DNA of 64,000 bases from an uncultured Bacteroidales bacterium (GTDB lineage: Bacteria; Bacteroidota; Bacteroidia; Bacteroidales; WCHB1-69): the NCBI GenBank assembly GCA_947165685.1, contig CAMVBK010000015.1:776-64775 (forward strand), written 5' to 3'. Below are positions 63,365 to 64,000 of this stretch, in pieces (the stretch's first letter is position 1; every line of letters starts with the position of its first letter). The position numbers and the translations under genes were made by a program. The notes beneath the pieces were generated by a model. It saw only the letters and a list, made by a program, of their open reading frames with translations, was not told where the DNA came from and searched no databases.

Positions 63365-64000
63365 TCACTGTTTCGGCACCAGCGTCACAAACGGAATCAT
63401 CATCTCCTCCATGGAGATGCCGCCGTGCTGGAAGGTGTTTTTGTAGAGGTTCACGTATTGGTTGAAGTTGTTCTGGTAGGCGAAGAAGTCCGACCGCGTG
63501 GCGAAGATGAAACGTTGGGTCATGTTCTCCTTCGGCAGGAAGGCCTCATCGGGGTTCTTGATTTCGAAGACCTCCTTGGCGGGATAGTCCATGCTGCTGC
63601 GGCCCACCTTGTAGCGCAGGTTCGTGTTCAGGTCGCGCTCGCCCACCATCTTCAAGGCGCGATCGACCTTGATGGTGCCGTGGTCGGTGGTCAGCATCAC
63701 CGGGATGTTCCGCTCCGAAAGCCACTTGATCATGTCGAACAGCACGGAATTGGCGAACCAGGAGGCCGTGACGCTGCGGTAGGACTTCTCGTCGTCGGCC
63801 AGCTCGCGCACCACGTTCACATCCGTGCCCGCGTGCGAAAGCATATCAACGAAATTGAACACGATGACATTCAGCGGGTTGTTGAGCATCTGATGGAGAC
63901 TGTCGAACACCTTCTTGCCGAAGTCGGCGTTGAGAATCTTGTGGTAGGAGTATTTGATGTTCTTGCCGTAACGCTTCAAGTATTCGCCTAACAGCTGCTC
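63365..64000 (-). CDS. PglZ-domain protein, C-terminal part (PorX-like T9SS response regulator/phosphodiesterase); 5' end outside window
   Basis: The frame is open to the window edge. Contains NFVDMLSHAGTD, MLTTDHGTIKV and FQHGGISMEEMMIPF, matching the PglZ C-terminal region of PorX-type proteins. The receiver domain is not visible in this window. Confidence 0.7.
   Translation of the reverse strand, partial: EQLLGEYLKRYGKNIKYSYHKILNADFGKKVFDSLHQMLNNPLNVIVFNFVDMLSHAGTDVNVVRELADDEKSYRSVTASWFANSVLFDMIKWLSERNIPVMLTTDHGTIKVDRALKMVGERDLNTNLRYKVGRSSMDYPAKEVFEIKNPDEAFLPKENMTQRFIFATRSDFFAYQNNFNQYVNLYKNTFQHGGISMEEMMIPFVTLVPKQ

Overview
This 64-kb window is from a GC-rich Bacteroidota chromosome, probably Bacteroidales. 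The evidence is TAnnTTTG -7 promoter boxes 15-45 nt upstream of many ATGs, no Shine-Dalgarno sequences, T9SS C-terminal sorting domains and DUF1573/GWxTD/PorT-like families. I could not run any search, so every product call rests on motifs I recognise in the supplied translations. Most of the window is housekeeping backbone: glyQS, ansA, mnmA, aroA, ychF, mpl, pyrK/pyrD, tsaC, coaD, clpB, malic enzyme, an ECF sigma factor and thioredoxin-like proteins. Two large T9SS cargo proteins are present, a C10 cysteine protease and a 1063-aa peptidoglycan amidase. The window also holds the core of an aryl-polyene/flexirubin-type lipid cluster (AMP-ligase, ACP, KS, CLF, small DMT protein) at 25.1-29.3 kb. 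A likely partner, an MMPL-acyltransferase fusion, lies at 60.1-63.3 kb. The clearly accessory part is a mosaic island of about 10.7 kb (29.34-40.04 kb) that abuts the 3' end of tRNA-Gly(CCC). It carries (i) three orphan Rhs-type polymorphic-toxin/immunity cassettes, two of which share a 400-bp 5' module with a hairpin showing a compensatory base-pair change. It also carries (ii) HigBA and a frameshifted PIN toxin-antitoxin pair, (iii) phage tail-gene fragments including a duplicated 200-bp gene head that flanks 5 kb of unrelated genes, and (iv) an unassignable 208-aa protein with its own promoter. No integrase, transposase, CRISPR array or rRNA was seen. A genome-wide oddity is that many intergenic leaders are filled with short-period (6-15 bp), strand-asymmetric, G-depleted tandem repeats. 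A tandem array of three 33-bp units, the outer two forming perfect hairpins, sits directly in front of ansA.
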